This document shows positions 20,136 to 29,952 of a stretch of 64,000 bases of DNA, in pieces. This DNA is from Treponemataceae bacterium (lineage in GTDB: Bacteria; Spirochaetota; Spirochaetia; Treponematales; Rectinemataceae). Below the pieces are notes generated by a model. That model worked only from the letters and a program-made list of their open reading frames with translations, ran no database searches and was not told the DNA's origin. The stretch's first letter is position 1, and each line of letters starts with the position of its first letter. The stretch is taken from assembly GCA_963667725.2 (NCBI GenBank), contig CAXXHO010000003.1:704001-768000 (forward strand). The letters run 5' to 3'. The position numbers and the translations under genes were made by a program.

Positions 20136-21308
20136 ATGATAGAAGCCAGCGCGGACGCGAAAAATATCCATAAGTTGCGCTACGGCATGGTGGGCGGAGG
20201 GCAAGGCGCCTTCATCGGCGATGTCCACCGAAAAGCGATTAATCTTGATGGGCTCGCGATCCTCGCGGCTGGCTGCTTTTCGCAGAACTATGAAAACACC
20301 CTCGCTACGGGCGCCTCTCTTGGATTGCCCGCCGAGCGCTGTTACCGCGGTTATGAGGAAATGGCTGAGAAGGAGAGCACCAAAGGCGATGCCATCGATT
20401 TCGTCGTCATCGTGACGCCGAACGCGCTTCACTATCCCGTAGCCAAAGCTTTCTTAAGCCGAGGAATCAACGTTGTCTGCGACAAGCCCCTCACCTTCGA
20501 GGTAGCTGAAGCTCAGGAATTGTCGGAACTCGCCAAAAAGAAAAAATTGCTTTTTTGCGTCACCTATACCTATACGGGATATCCCGCCGTCAAACAGGCG
20601 AGGGAAATGATAGCTCACGGCGACATCGGGGAAATTCGTTTCGTGAACACCGAATACCCCCAAGAATGGCTTGCCACGCCGAGCGAGAAGGAAGGATCCA
20701 AACAGGCCGCCTGGAGGACGGATCCCAAACTCGCCGGAAAATCCAATTGCGTGGGCGACATCGGGAGCCATGCGGAAAACTTGGTCTCCTATGTGACGGG
20801 GTTGAAAATCAAATCGCTCTGCGCCCGTCTCGATACTTTCGTGAAGGGCAGAGCGCTCGACGACAACGCCACGATCATGACCGAATTTGAAGGCGGGGCA
20901 AAGGGACTCTATTGGGCGAGCCAGATCGCCATAGGCTGTGACAATAGCCTAAAGATAAGGGTTTTTGGCACGAAGGGGAGCATCCAATGGTCGCAGGAAA
21001 ACCCCAACTACCTCGGCATATCCCGGCTCGGCGAGCCGAGCCAAACGCTCTCACGAGGGAGGGACGCCTTCTATCCGGGCGCCCAGGCCTATTCTCGAAT
21101 TCCGTCAGGCCATCCCGAGGGCTACTTTGAGGCCTTCGCCAACATATACAAGACCTATATCGGTGCGCTTGCCTTGCTAAAGGCGGGCAAAAAGCCCAAG
21201 GCCGAGGATTTGGATTTTCCGACCATTGAAATGGGCATAGACGGTGTGCGCTTTATCGGCAAATGCGTGGAAAGCTCCCAGAAGGGCGCTGTCTGGATCA
21301 ATTATTGA
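20136..21308 (+). CDS. Gfo/Idh/MocA-family oxidoreductase
   Basis: GMVGGG..AFIG.VHR, VTPN.LH, CDKP and DIGSHA motifs. Confidence 0.9.
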   Translation: MIEASADAKNIHKLRYGMVGGGQGAFIGDVHRKAINLDGLAILAAGCFSQNYENTLATGASLGLPAERCYRGYEEMAEKESTKGDAIDFVVIVTPNALHYPVAKAFLSRGINVVCDKPLTFEVAEAQELSELAKKKKLLFCVTYTYTGYPAVKQAREMIAHGDIGEIRFVNTEYPQEWLATPSEKEGSKQAAWRTDPKLAGKSNCVGDIGSHAENLVSYVTGLKIKSLCARLDTFVKGRALDDNATIMTEFEGGAKGLYWASQIAIGCDNSLKIRVFGTKGSIQWSQENPNYLGISRLGEPSQTLSRGRDAFYPGAQAYSRIPSGHPEGYFEAFANIYKTYIGALALLKAGKKPKAEDLDFPTIEMGIDGVRFIGKCVESSQKGAVWINY

Positions 21309-21318
21309 GGAGGGAATC

Positions 21319-22308
21319 ATGTCGAGACCAGTGACGATTTTTTCCGGCCAGTGGGCCGATCTTCCTTTCGATGAATTTTGTGGCAAAGTGAAATCTTTTG
21401 GCTACGATGGCGTGGAAATCGCCTGTTGGGGCGATCATATGGATGTGAAGCGCGCGGCCACCGATCCCGCCTACATCGCCGGACGTAAAGCCATTCTCGC
21501 CAAGCATGGTCTGAAGTGCTGGGCTCTCGGCGCTCATCTTGCCGGTCAGTGCGTGGGTGATCTCTGGGATCCCCGCCTCGACGGCTTCGCCCCCCCGGAG
21601 TTCAAGGGCAATCCTGCCAAAATCCGCGATTGGGCTATTCAGGAAATGAAGTATACGGCTCAAGCCGCCAATGCCATGGGCTGCAAGGTAGTGACCGGTT
21701 TTATGGGAAGCCCCGTCTGGAAATACTGGTATTCATTCCCCCAAACAACCGATCAGATGATCGATGACGCTTTCGCCGAAATCGTAAAACTTTGGACTCC
21801 CATCCTCGATGAATTCGACCGTCGCGGCGTGAAGTTCGCTCTCGAAGTCCACCCAACCGAGATCGCTTTCGATTATTATACGGCCGAACGCCTCCTCGCG
21901 GAATTCGGGAACAGGCCTGCCCTCGGCTTTAATTTCGATCCCTCCCATCTTATCTGGCAAGGCGTGACGCCCCACATTTTTCTCCGCGATTTCGCTTCCA
22001 ATATCTACCACGTCCACATGAAGGACGCGGCGGTCACCCTCGACGGCAAGGCGGGCATTATCGGCTCCCACCTAACCTTCGGCGACACGAGGCGGGGTTG
22101 GAACTTCCGCTCGCTTGGCCATGGGGACGTGGATTTCGAGAATATCATCAGGGAACTCAACGTGGCCGGCTACCAGGGGCCTCTCTCCGTCGAGTGGGAG
22201 GATTCAGGCATGGAAAGGGAATATGGAGCCAGGGAAGCCTGCGAATTCGTCAGGGACATCGATTTCGCCCCTTCGAATCTCGCTTTCGACGAGGCTCTGA
22301 AGCAGTAA
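21319..22308 (+). CDS. Sugar phosphate isomerase/epimerase (xylose-isomerase-like TIM barrel)
   Basis: QWADLP, FALEVHP.E, NFDPSH, HVHMKD and LSVEWED motifs. Confidence 0.88.
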   Translation: MSRPVTIFSGQWADLPFDEFCGKVKSFGYDGVEIACWGDHMDVKRAATDPAYIAGRKAILAKHGLKCWALGAHLAGQCVGDLWDPRLDGFAPPEFKGNPAKIRDWAIQEMKYTAQAANAMGCKVVTGFMGSPVWKYWYSFPQTTDQMIDDAFAEIVKLWTPILDEFDRRGVKFALEVHPTEIAFDYYTAERLLAEFGNRPALGFNFDPSHLIWQGVTPHIFLRDFASNIYHVHMKDAAVTLDGKAGIIGSHLTFGDTRRGWNFRSLGHGDVDFENIIRELNVAGYQGPLSVEWEDSGMEREYGAREACEFVRDIDFAPSNLAFDEALKQ

Positions 22309-23805
22309 ATGGAAACTCTAGTCAGGACCGAGGGGGTCTCGAAGGAATTCTCCTCAGTGCGGGTGCTCGATAATATCTCAGTTGAGATCAGGGTGGGGGA
22401 GGTCTTCGGCATCATCGGAGAAAATGGGGCTGGGAAGTCCACCTTCATCAAGATCCTCTCGGGCCTCTACGAACCTACGGCCGGCAAGCTCTGGTTCGAC
22501 GGGGCGCCCATGGAAATCCGCGGCCCGGCCGATGCCCGCAGAATAGGCATTAGCCTCATTCCCCAGGAATTCAATCTCGTCGCCGATCTCTGCGTCTATG
22601 AGAACATTTTCCTGGGCGAGGAGCTGTTGGAGAAGGGAGGCTTTCTCGACCGAAAAGCCATGATTGAAAGGACGCGCCTCCTCCTCGCCGAACTCAATGC
22701 CTCATCGATCGATCCCGAGGCTCGTATCCAAAATCTCTCGGTGGCCCAAAAGCAGATGGTGGAGATCGCCAAGGCCACAGCCTACGATTCCCGCCTCCTC
22801 ATCATGGACGAGCCGACTACCGTGCTCACGAGCAAGGAAATCGAGGTCCTTTTCAGGCTCATGGAGCGGTTGAAGGCGAAGGGCGTCACTCTCGTCTATA
22901 TTTCTCACAAATTAAAGGAAGTGAAGAGGATCTGCGACAGGGTGATGGTGCTGCGCGACGGGGCCTTTATCTGCCTCGAGGAAGCCGCGACCATGGAGAT
23001 CGACGAAATGGCCCGTCGGATGGTCGGCCGCGAGCTCAAGGAGATATTCCCGGAAAAGAAACCGGCCCAGGATGGCGTGGCGCTCTCCGTCCGGAAGCTC
23101 TGCGTCGAAGGCTTGCTTTACGATGTCAGTTTTGAATTGCGCAAGGGCGAAATCCTGGGCTTCGCCGGCCTCATTGGCGCGGGGCGCACCGAAGTCGCCG
23201 AAACCATCATGGGATTGAGGAAGGCTGACTCGGGCGAAATCTTCATAGACAGCGCCGCATTGAAGGTGAAAACTCCCTCCGACGCGGTGAAGGCGGGCAT
23301 CAGCTATCTTTCCGAGGACAGACAGGGAGCAGGTATCCTGACCGCCTTCGACCTTATCGGCAACACGACCCTCGTTTCGCTCGGGGATTACGCCACACCG
23401 CTTATCGATCGCAAAAAAGAAACCGAAAAGACGGGCTTTTATGTCGACCGTTTCGCGATAAAAGCGTCCTCGCTTTATGCGCGGCTCGAACAGCTTTCGG
23501 GCGGAAACCAGCAGAAAATATCGCTGGCTAAAAGCATCGACACGAATCCTAGGATCATCATCGTCGACGAGCCCACGCGGGGCATCGACGTGAAGGCGAA
23601 GCATGACATCTACGCCTTCATTCGCGAACTCGCTGATTCGGGCCTCTCCGTCATTTTCATCTCTTCCGAATTGGAAGAACTCATTGGCATGTGCGGCCGC
23701 GTGCTCGTGATGAAGGAAGGGCGAATCGCGGGCGAACTTTCCGGAAGCGAAATTAGCGAAGAGGAAATCATGTACTTCGCCACCGGAATCAAGGGAGGAC
23801 TATAA
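22309..23805 (+). CDS. Monosaccharide ABC transporter ATPase (RbsA-like, two domains)
   Basis: GENGAGKST, MDEPT, LSGGNQQK and DEPTRGIDV motifs. Confidence 0.92.
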   Translation: METLVRTEGVSKEFSSVRVLDNISVEIRVGEVFGIIGENGAGKSTFIKILSGLYEPTAGKLWFDGAPMEIRGPADARRIGISLIPQEFNLVADLCVYENIFLGEELLEKGGFLDRKAMIERTRLLLAELNASSIDPEARIQNLSVAQKQMVEIAKATAYDSRLLIMDEPTTVLTSKEIEVLFRLMERLKAKGVTLVYISHKLKEVKRICDRVMVLRDGAFICLEEAATMEIDEMARRMVGRELKEIFPEKKPAQDGVALSVRKLCVEGLLYDVSFELRKGEILGFAGLIGAGRTEVAETIMGLRKADSGEIFIDSAALKVKTPSDAVKAGISYLSEDRQGAGILTAFDLIGNTTLVSLGDYATPLIDRKKETEKTGFYVDRFAIKASSLYARLEQLSGGNQQKISLAKSIDTNPRIIIVDEPTRGIDVKAKHDIYAFIRELADSGLSVIFISSELEELIGMCGRVLVMKEGRIAGELSGSEISEEEIMYFATGIKGGL

Positions 23806-24810
23806 ATGGCTGCATCCGCGCCAAGAAAATTCAGCTTTGAGAAATTCGCGCCCCTTGTGGCCCTGGGTGCGCTGGTGGTCGTCTCGACCATACTCTACCC
23901 GCGCTTTCTGGAGCCTCGTAACCTTCTCAACATCCTGAGGCAGGTCTCCTACACCGGCATAATCGCCCTGGGCATGACCTTTGTCGTCATCTCCGGCGGC
24001 ATAGACCTTTCGGTGGGCTCCATGACGGCCCTCGCCGGCTCCTGCGCCATCCTCGCGCTGAACGCCAGCACCCAGGCACTCATGACCTTTGAACCGCGCT
24101 GGCTGGGAACGGGACTCTGCGTGCTCGCCGCCGCCGCGGCGGCCCTGGCGGTTACCCTCGTCGCGGGCTTCTTCAACGGCTTTCTCGTCACCAAGGGCAA
24201 GATAGCTCCCTTCATCGTCACCCTGGGCTCGATGGCCATATTCCGCTCCCTGACCCTCTACATCGGCAGCGCCGGCGAATTCAGATCTCAGAATTCCAGC
24301 TACGGGGACATGGGCATGTCATCCATTCTCGAGATTCCGCTCCCCGTGTGGATTCTATTTGGGCTGGCGGCCCTTCTCTCCATTCTTCTCGACCGGACCC
24401 GCTTCGGGCGCTATGTGTGCGCCGTAGGCTCGAACGAAAAAGTGGCCAAGTACTCGGCCATAGACATCGATAATATCAGACTCCGGACCTATGTCATCGT
24501 GGGCATCATGGTCGCGATCACCGCGGTTCTCATTTCGGCGCGCCTCAACTCCATAAGTTCCACGAACGCGGGCAAGGATTACGAAATGGACGCGATCGCC
24601 GCCGTCGTGATAGGCGGCACGGCCATGACCGGAGGCCATGGCTCGATTTGGGGCTCGGTCGTCGGCGCGATCATCCTGGGTATCATCAACAACATGCTCA
24701 ACATGCTCGGCGTTTCACCCTATCTTCAGGGCCTGGTGAAGGGCCTCGTGATCATCGGGGCGGTCTTCATCCAGAGGGGTTCTTCCAAAAGCAAGCGCTC
24801 AGGTCTTTGA
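23806..24810 (+). CDS. Monosaccharide ABC permease (RbsC-like)
   Basis: GGIDLSVG, PFIVTLG and YEMDAIAAVVIGG motifs. Confidence 0.92.
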   Translation: MAASAPRKFSFEKFAPLVALGALVVVSTILYPRFLEPRNLLNILRQVSYTGIIALGMTFVVISGGIDLSVGSMTALAGSCAILALNASTQALMTFEPRWLGTGLCVLAAAAAALAVTLVAGFFNGFLVTKGKIAPFIVTLGSMAIFRSLTLYIGSAGEFRSQNSSYGDMGMSSILEIPLPVWILFGLAALLSILLDRTRFGRYVCAVGSNEKVAKYSAIDIDNIRLRTYVIVGIMVAITAVLISARLNSISSTNAGKDYEMDAIAAVVIGGTAMTGGHGSIWGSVVGAIILGIINNMLNMLGVSPYLQGLVKGLVIIGAVFIQRGSSKSKRSGL

Positions 24811-24893
24811 CCAGGGAAGATTCGGGAATCGGGCCGTCGGCCTATGGTCCCCGATTTCAATAGTGTACGTGCTAGGTTTTTAAGGAGGTTTGT

Positions 24894-25856
24894 ATGAAGA
24901 AGGCATTCCTTGCCCTCATGGTAGTCCTCGCTCTTTCGGCTACCCCCGTTTTCGCCCAGAAGATCAGGGTAGGCGTTTCGATCCCGACCGCCGACCATGG
25001 ATGGACTGGCGGCATAAACTACTATGCCCAGAAAGCCATCAAGGATTGGCAGGCCAAAGACAAGAACATTGAGTTCTACCTGGTGACCGCCGACTCGCCG
25101 GCGAAACAGGTCAATGACGTTGAAGACCTCATGGTCAAGGGCATCGACGCCCTGGTCATCCTGGCCTACGATTCAGCCCCACTCACCCCCGTTGTCAAGA
25201 AAGCCTATGAGAAGGGCGTCTATGTCGTATCCGTCGACCGCGGCCTCACCGAAAACGTGCAGGATGTCTACATCGCCGGCGACAATCCTGGCATGGGCCG
25301 CGTCTCGGCCGAATGGCTGGGCAAGGCTCTGGGCGGCAAAGGCGAAATCGTCGTCCTCGAGGGAATTCCCTGCGTTATCAATTCGGAACGAGTGGACAAC
25401 TTCAACGACGTCATCGCCAAGAAATTCCCCGGCATCAAAATCCTCGATTCCCAGCCCGCCAATTGGGACACACAGAAAGGCCTCGAGATCATGACCAACT
25501 ATCTGCAGAAGTATAAGAAAATTGACGCCGTTTGGGCGCAGGATGACGACGTTCTCGTCGGCGTTCTCCAGGCGTACAAGGAATCCGGCCGCAAGGACAT
25601 CAAGATATTCCTCGGCGGGGCAGGATCGAAGGTCATGATCAAAAAAGTAATGGATGGCGATGTTCTCGTCCAAGCCGACGTCACCTATCCGCCCTCGATG
25701 ATCGCCTCCGGCATTTCTCTCGCGATCTATGGCGCCCGTAACCAGCCCCTGCCTGGCTTCTATCAGGGAAAGATCCCCTCGAAGATCGTACTGGCCGCCG
25801 AGCTGATCACGAAACAAAACGCCAAGTCCTATTATCAGCCTGAATCGATTTTTTAA
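24894..25856 (+). CDS. Sugar ABC substrate-binding protein (RbsB-like)
   Basis: Signal peptide; ADHGW, VDR, GDN..MG and AVWAQDD motifs. Confidence 0.9.
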   Translation: MKKAFLALMVVLALSATPVFAQKIRVGVSIPTADHGWTGGINYYAQKAIKDWQAKDKNIEFYLVTADSPAKQVNDVEDLMVKGIDALVILAYDSAPLTPVVKKAYEKGVYVVSVDRGLTENVQDVYIAGDNPGMGRVSAEWLGKALGGKGEIVVLEGIPCVINSERVDNFNDVIAKKFPGIKILDSQPANWDTQKGLEIMTNYLQKYKKIDAVWAQDDDVLVGVLQAYKESGRKDIKIFLGGAGSKVMIKKVMDGDVLVQADVTYPPSMIASGISLAIYGARNQPLPGFYQGKIPSKIVLAAELITKQNAKSYYQPESIF

Positions 25857-25878
25857 AAATAAATAAAAGTGCGGTTGT

Positions 25879-25908
25879 GGGGGCCGCGGCCGGAAGGCCG
25901 CGGCCCCC
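25879..25908 (+). terminator. GC-rich hairpin after the binding-protein gene (terminator or stabiliser)
   Basis: GGGGGCCGCGGCC-GGAA-GGCCGCGGCCCCC with a GNRA loop; no clear U-tract. Confidence 0.55.
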
Positions 25909-25997
25909 GGCACATCCCGGGCATGGACTTCGGCGCGGCTGATCGCTAGAATGAGTGCGTTTTCCGGCCGGAAAAGCCTTAGTCCCCGAAGCAGGAA

Positions 25998-27023
25998 ATG
26001 CCAATGGCCCAGAAACCCTCGCGCGCCGATGTCGCCCATTTGGCGGGTGTCGCCGAATCCACGGTATCGCGGGCGCTCAACGACTCGAACCTCATCACCG
26101 AGCCCATAAAGAGCCGTGTCCGCGAAGCGGCCAAAGAACTTGGATACATACCTTCCCGGCAAGCCGCCCTTTTCGCGCGCAAGCGCACGAACACGATAGG
26201 TTTTGTCGTGCCTTCCTACGGTTCCTTCCCTCCCTTTTCCCGATCGTACTTTCCCGCCCTCCTCGATGGTGTCGTTTTGGAGACCGACGCGAACGATTAC
26301 GCTACGACGGTTATCCTCGACAAGCAAAGCAGCTGCAACGAAGATTACATGGCCTTGATACGGTCAAAAACGGTCGATGGGCTTCTCTTTGCCGTTACTC
26401 GAGACGATTTCGAGCCATTTAGGGGTTTACGCCAGCAGGGCGTGCCCTTTGTGCTCATCAACAACTACCAGGAAGGATTGAATAGTGTCGACGCCTTGCC
26501 TGAACCGGGCATGCGCATGGCTTTTTCGCACGGCTTCAACTTGGGCCACAAACATTTCGGCTATATCACGGGCGATATGCGCTACAAGAACGCGATCGAC
26601 CGTCTGCATGTCTTCAAAAAGCTTTGCATAGAATATGGAACTGCCTCTTCGGTGATCGAGGGCGATTTTTCGAAGACATCGGGGTATAGAGGCGCGGCCC
26701 GCCTCCTTGCCCCGGCCAATCGTCCCAGCATCATCATGACGAGTTCGGATCGCTCCGCCTTCGGCGTCCTTAATTACGCCGCGGAGCACGGAATCCGAAT
26801 TCCCGATGATCTGAGCGTCATCGGTTACGACAACCTGCCTCCCGTTCAGGATGTCACGCCGCCTCTGTCCACCGTCGACCATCCCGTCACCAATCTCGCC
26901 AAAAAGGCGACGAGACTCCTCCTGAGCATCCTAAGGGACGAACGCATCGAGCCCGTCCAGGAATGGCTGGATACCGGCTTCATTGTCAGGGAATCGACCA
27001 CGATTTACAGGCAGCGCCCATGA
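25998..27023 (+). CDS. LacI-family transcriptional regulator
   Basis: DVA.LAGVA.STVSRALN, IPDDLSVIGYD and PPLSTV motifs. Confidence 0.93.
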   Translation: MPMAQKPSRADVAHLAGVAESTVSRALNDSNLITEPIKSRVREAAKELGYIPSRQAALFARKRTNTIGFVVPSYGSFPPFSRSYFPALLDGVVLETDANDYATTVILDKQSSCNEDYMALIRSKTVDGLLFAVTRDDFEPFRGLRQQGVPFVLINNYQEGLNSVDALPEPGMRMAFSHGFNLGHKHFGYITGDMRYKNAIDRLHVFKKLCIEYGTASSVIEGDFSKTSGYRGAARLLAPANRPSIIMTSSDRSAFGVLNYAAEHGIRIPDDLSVIGYDNLPPVQDVTPPLSTVDHPVTNLAKKATRLLLSILRDERIEPVQEWLDTGFIVRESTTIYRQRP

Positions 27024-28135
27024 CGCGTCTCGCGATCGTCGGCACCGGCGGCATGGCCGAATATCAGGCGAAGAAATTCGCCGAAAATGGCAACTGCGCG
27101 ATCACCGCCTGCGCCGACCGGAATGCCGACCACGCGCGGAATTTCGCCCGACGCTTTGATATTCCCTATCATTGCGACGCCATCCGGACGCTTCTGGATC
27201 ATGGAGACTTCGATGCCGCCACCTGCTCGGTGATCGACAGCCAGCACGCCCGCATCTGCGAGGCTATTCTCGGCCGCGGCCTTCCCGTCTTCTGCGAAAA
27301 GCCTTTGGCGCGCAGTATCGCGGAGTGCGAACGGCTCACAGGGCTAGCAGCGGAGACGCCGGTGCCGGCTATCGTCAACTTTTCTAAACGGAACGCCCCG
27401 GCCCTTCATGCCCTGAAAGCCGTCCTCGACACGGGCGAACTCGGCGCGATAGAATCCGTTGACGCTTCCTATCTCCAGGATTGGGTGGCGAGCTCCCACT
27501 GGGGCGATTGGAAAACAGTGCCGCGCTGGAAATGGAGACTCCTCCCCTCCGAGAGCAGCTCGGGAGCGGCGGGGGATTTAGGGAGCCATCTCGTGGACGC
27601 CCTGCTTTTCCTTTTCGGAAGCCTTTCGGCGGATAAGCCGGGTAAGGGCTTGAGTCTCATCGAGGCGATGGATGCCGGCTTCCTGACGGCGGAAACGTTG
27701 CCGCCTGAATTCATGGACAGCGCGGTCGCGCCTCCTCTGGTGGAGTTTTCGGCCAATATCTCTCTTCCCGGCGGCATCCCCCTCACGCTCAGGACGAGCT
27801 GGATCGAGCGGGGCTCCACCGACGTTTTCGCGATACAGGTCCAGGGTTCGAAGGGCATGGCCTTGCTCGATCTCGTGAAATCGCGTGCTTCGATCGAAAT
27901 CCGGCCAGCAAGCTCGGCTGGATCGGGCGACGATTATGGGGATGGCGCCTCCTCGATCAGGCGCGATGGCCCATTGATTCCATCCACCTATGAGCGCTTT
28001 ATCGAACTGACGGAAGCGCATATCGCGGACGCGGATGCCGACGTCGAAACCGACGCCGACTATCCGACTTTCGAGCAAGGACTCAAGGTAATGCGCGTTC
28101 TCGATTCACTAATCCCTGGAGGCTTGCCGAAATGA
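27020..28135 (+). CDS. Gfo/Idh/MocA-family oxidoreductase
   Basis: AIVGTGGMA, CEKPLA and DLGSH motifs; ATG overlaps the LacI stop. Confidence 0.85.
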   Translation: MTRLAIVGTGGMAEYQAKKFAENGNCAITACADRNADHARNFARRFDIPYHCDAIRTLLDHGDFDAATCSVIDSQHARICEAILGRGLPVFCEKPLARSIAECERLTGLAAETPVPAIVNFSKRNAPALHALKAVLDTGELGAIESVDASYLQDWVASSHWGDWKTVPRWKWRLLPSESSSGAAGDLGSHLVDALLFLFGSLSADKPGKGLSLIEAMDAGFLTAETLPPEFMDSAVAPPLVEFSANISLPGGIPLTLRTSWIERGSTDVFAIQVQGSKGMALLDLVKSRASIEIRPASSAGSGDDYGDGASSIRRDGPLIPSTYERFIELTEAHIADADADVETDADYPTFEQGLKVMRVLDSLIPGGLPK

Positions 28136-28998
28136 AGAAAATACCTCTTGGTACGCTCGTCAAGGGTGACGCGGATCCGGCGATGGCCATTCGGACGCTG
28201 GGGCCTTTGGGGTTTGAGTGCTTTTCTCTCTCTTTCTGGGAGGGCCTGGGTGGTACCGATCTCCTGAAGCTCGCCGAAGAGGTGGGAAAAGCGACCGAGG
28301 AGACGGGCACGTTTATCAGCGCCCTCTCCGTCTACGGCAATCCTCTAAGGGACGACGAAAGGGGCACCGCGACCAGGGGAAGCCTGGAAGCTCTCCTGGA
28401 TGCCGCTCCGCGCTTCGGCTGCGGCCTGGTAAGCTGCTTCGCCGGCCGCGTGCCGGGAACCTCGGTGAAAGATTCATTGCCCGCGTGGAAACGATACTTC
28501 GCCCCTCTGGCCGAGCGAGCCGAAGTATCGGGGTTTAGGATCGCTTTCGAAAACTGCAGGCTGGGTGACACGTGGAAAACTGGCTCCTGGAACATCGCCA
28601 TAAACCCCGACGCGTGGGAACTCATGTTCGACGCGATATCTTCCCCGGCGATCGGCCTGGAGTGGGAACCCTGCCATCAGGTGGAAGCCCTGGCCGATCC
28701 CTACGCTCAGCTGAAAGCCTGGCTCCCGAAGATCCTTCATCTCCACGGCAAGGACGCGCGGATAGACAAGCGCCTCTTGGCCGCTCGAGGACTCTACGGT
28801 TCGACACGCTGGCACGCTTCCTGCTTACCCGGGAATGGCGACACCGACTGGAGGCCTATCCTTGACATCCTCGGGCGTCGCGGGTATACAGGCAGCATCG
28901 ACATAGAAGGCTGGAACGACGCCGAATGGTCGGGAGAAAGGGAACAGGAAGGTCAGGCGAGGGCTTTGGCTCATTTGAAAAGCTGCAGGGGAGCCTGA
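28132..28998 (+). CDS. Sugar phosphate isomerase/epimerase (TIM barrel)
   Basis: AFENC, GLEWEPCH, HLHGKD, PG.GDTDW and IDIEG motifs. Confidence 0.85.
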   Translation: MKKIPLGTLVKGDADPAMAIRTLGPLGFECFSLSFWEGLGGTDLLKLAEEVGKATEETGTFISALSVYGNPLRDDERGTATRGSLEALLDAAPRFGCGLVSCFAGRVPGTSVKDSLPAWKRYFAPLAERAEVSGFRIAFENCRLGDTWKTGSWNIAINPDAWELMFDAISSPAIGLEWEPCHQVEALADPYAQLKAWLPKILHLHGKDARIDKRLLAARGLYGSTRWHASCLPGNGDTDWRPILDILGRRGYTGSIDIEGWNDAEWSGEREQEGQARALAHLKSCRGA

Positions 28999-29049
28999 TA
29001 ACAACCAAAGCGGAACCGGCGGTCGCGGCTGGTTCATTGGAGACCAGTC

Positions 29050-29952
29050 ATGCGTGATGACGCGAGGCTCAGGGATTTTATGTCGAGATTGGACAGCGGC
29101 GTCTATTTCGTCGATCGACAGCGGAGAATCACTTTCTGGAACAGCGCGGCGGAAAAGTTGACCGGATACTCTGAAAGCAAGGCTCTAGGTTCTCGCTGCT
29201 CGGACAATCTCCTGAGGCATATCACGCCCGACGGAGTCCAGCTTTGCCTGCAAGGCTGTCCCCTCGCCGGAACGATTTCGGACGGTAAAGTGCGGGAAGC
29301 CGACGTGTATATGCATCACAGCAGCGGGCATCGGGTTCCGATCACCGTATGGGCGGCGCCGCTCACCGATGAAACCGACACTATTATCGGCGCCATCGAG
29401 ATATTCTCCGATCGCCGCGATCGATCCACCCTTCTTTCCGAACTCGAGCGCCTGCGGCATGAGGTGCTCACCGATCCGCTCACGGGGCTTGGCAACCGGC
29501 GCTTCCTGGACATCATGATTGAATCCCGTCTCCTCGCCCTGAGGGAAGGGGCGGCATCTTTCGGGCTCTTCGTGGCCGACATCGATCACTTCAAGTCAGT
29601 GAATGACGAGTATGGCCATGATGTAGGCGACAGGGTGCTCGCCATGGTCGCCGCGACACTTAGTTCGGCGGTGCGTCCCCTCGATGCCGCCGTGCGCTGG
29701 GGCGGCGAGGAATTTATCCTTGTATGCCCGAATGTGGCTGATGCGCTTGCCTCCATCGCCGAGCGAGTCAGGACGATGGTGGAGAAAAGCTGGGTGGAAC
29801 TGGAAGATGGAAGGACCTTGTCCGTGACCATCTCCGTGGGCGCCGCCAAGGCCGCCAAAGGCGACACGCTCGAATCCATCGTGGCAAGGGCCGACAAACG
29901 CCTCTACGAAGCCAAGAATTCCGGCCGGAACCGCTGCGTCGTGGGCGATTAA
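29050..29952 (+). CDS. PAS-GGDEF diguanylate cyclase
   Basis: N-terminal PAS (WN.AAE.LTGY), DPLTGL.NRR, DIDHFK.VND.YGH and GGEEF with an RxxD I-site (RPLD). Confidence 0.92.
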   Translation: MRDDARLRDFMSRLDSGVYFVDRQRRITFWNSAAEKLTGYSESKALGSRCSDNLLRHITPDGVQLCLQGCPLAGTISDGKVREADVYMHHSSGHRVPITVWAAPLTDETDTIIGAIEIFSDRRDRSTLLSELERLRHEVLTDPLTGLGNRRFLDIMIESRLLALREGAASFGLFVADIDHFKSVNDEYGHDVGDRVLAMVAATLSSAVRPLDAAVRWGGEEFILVCPNVADALASIAERVRTMVEKSWVELEDGRTLSVTISVGAAKAAKGDTLESIVARADKRLYEAKNSGRNRCVVGD

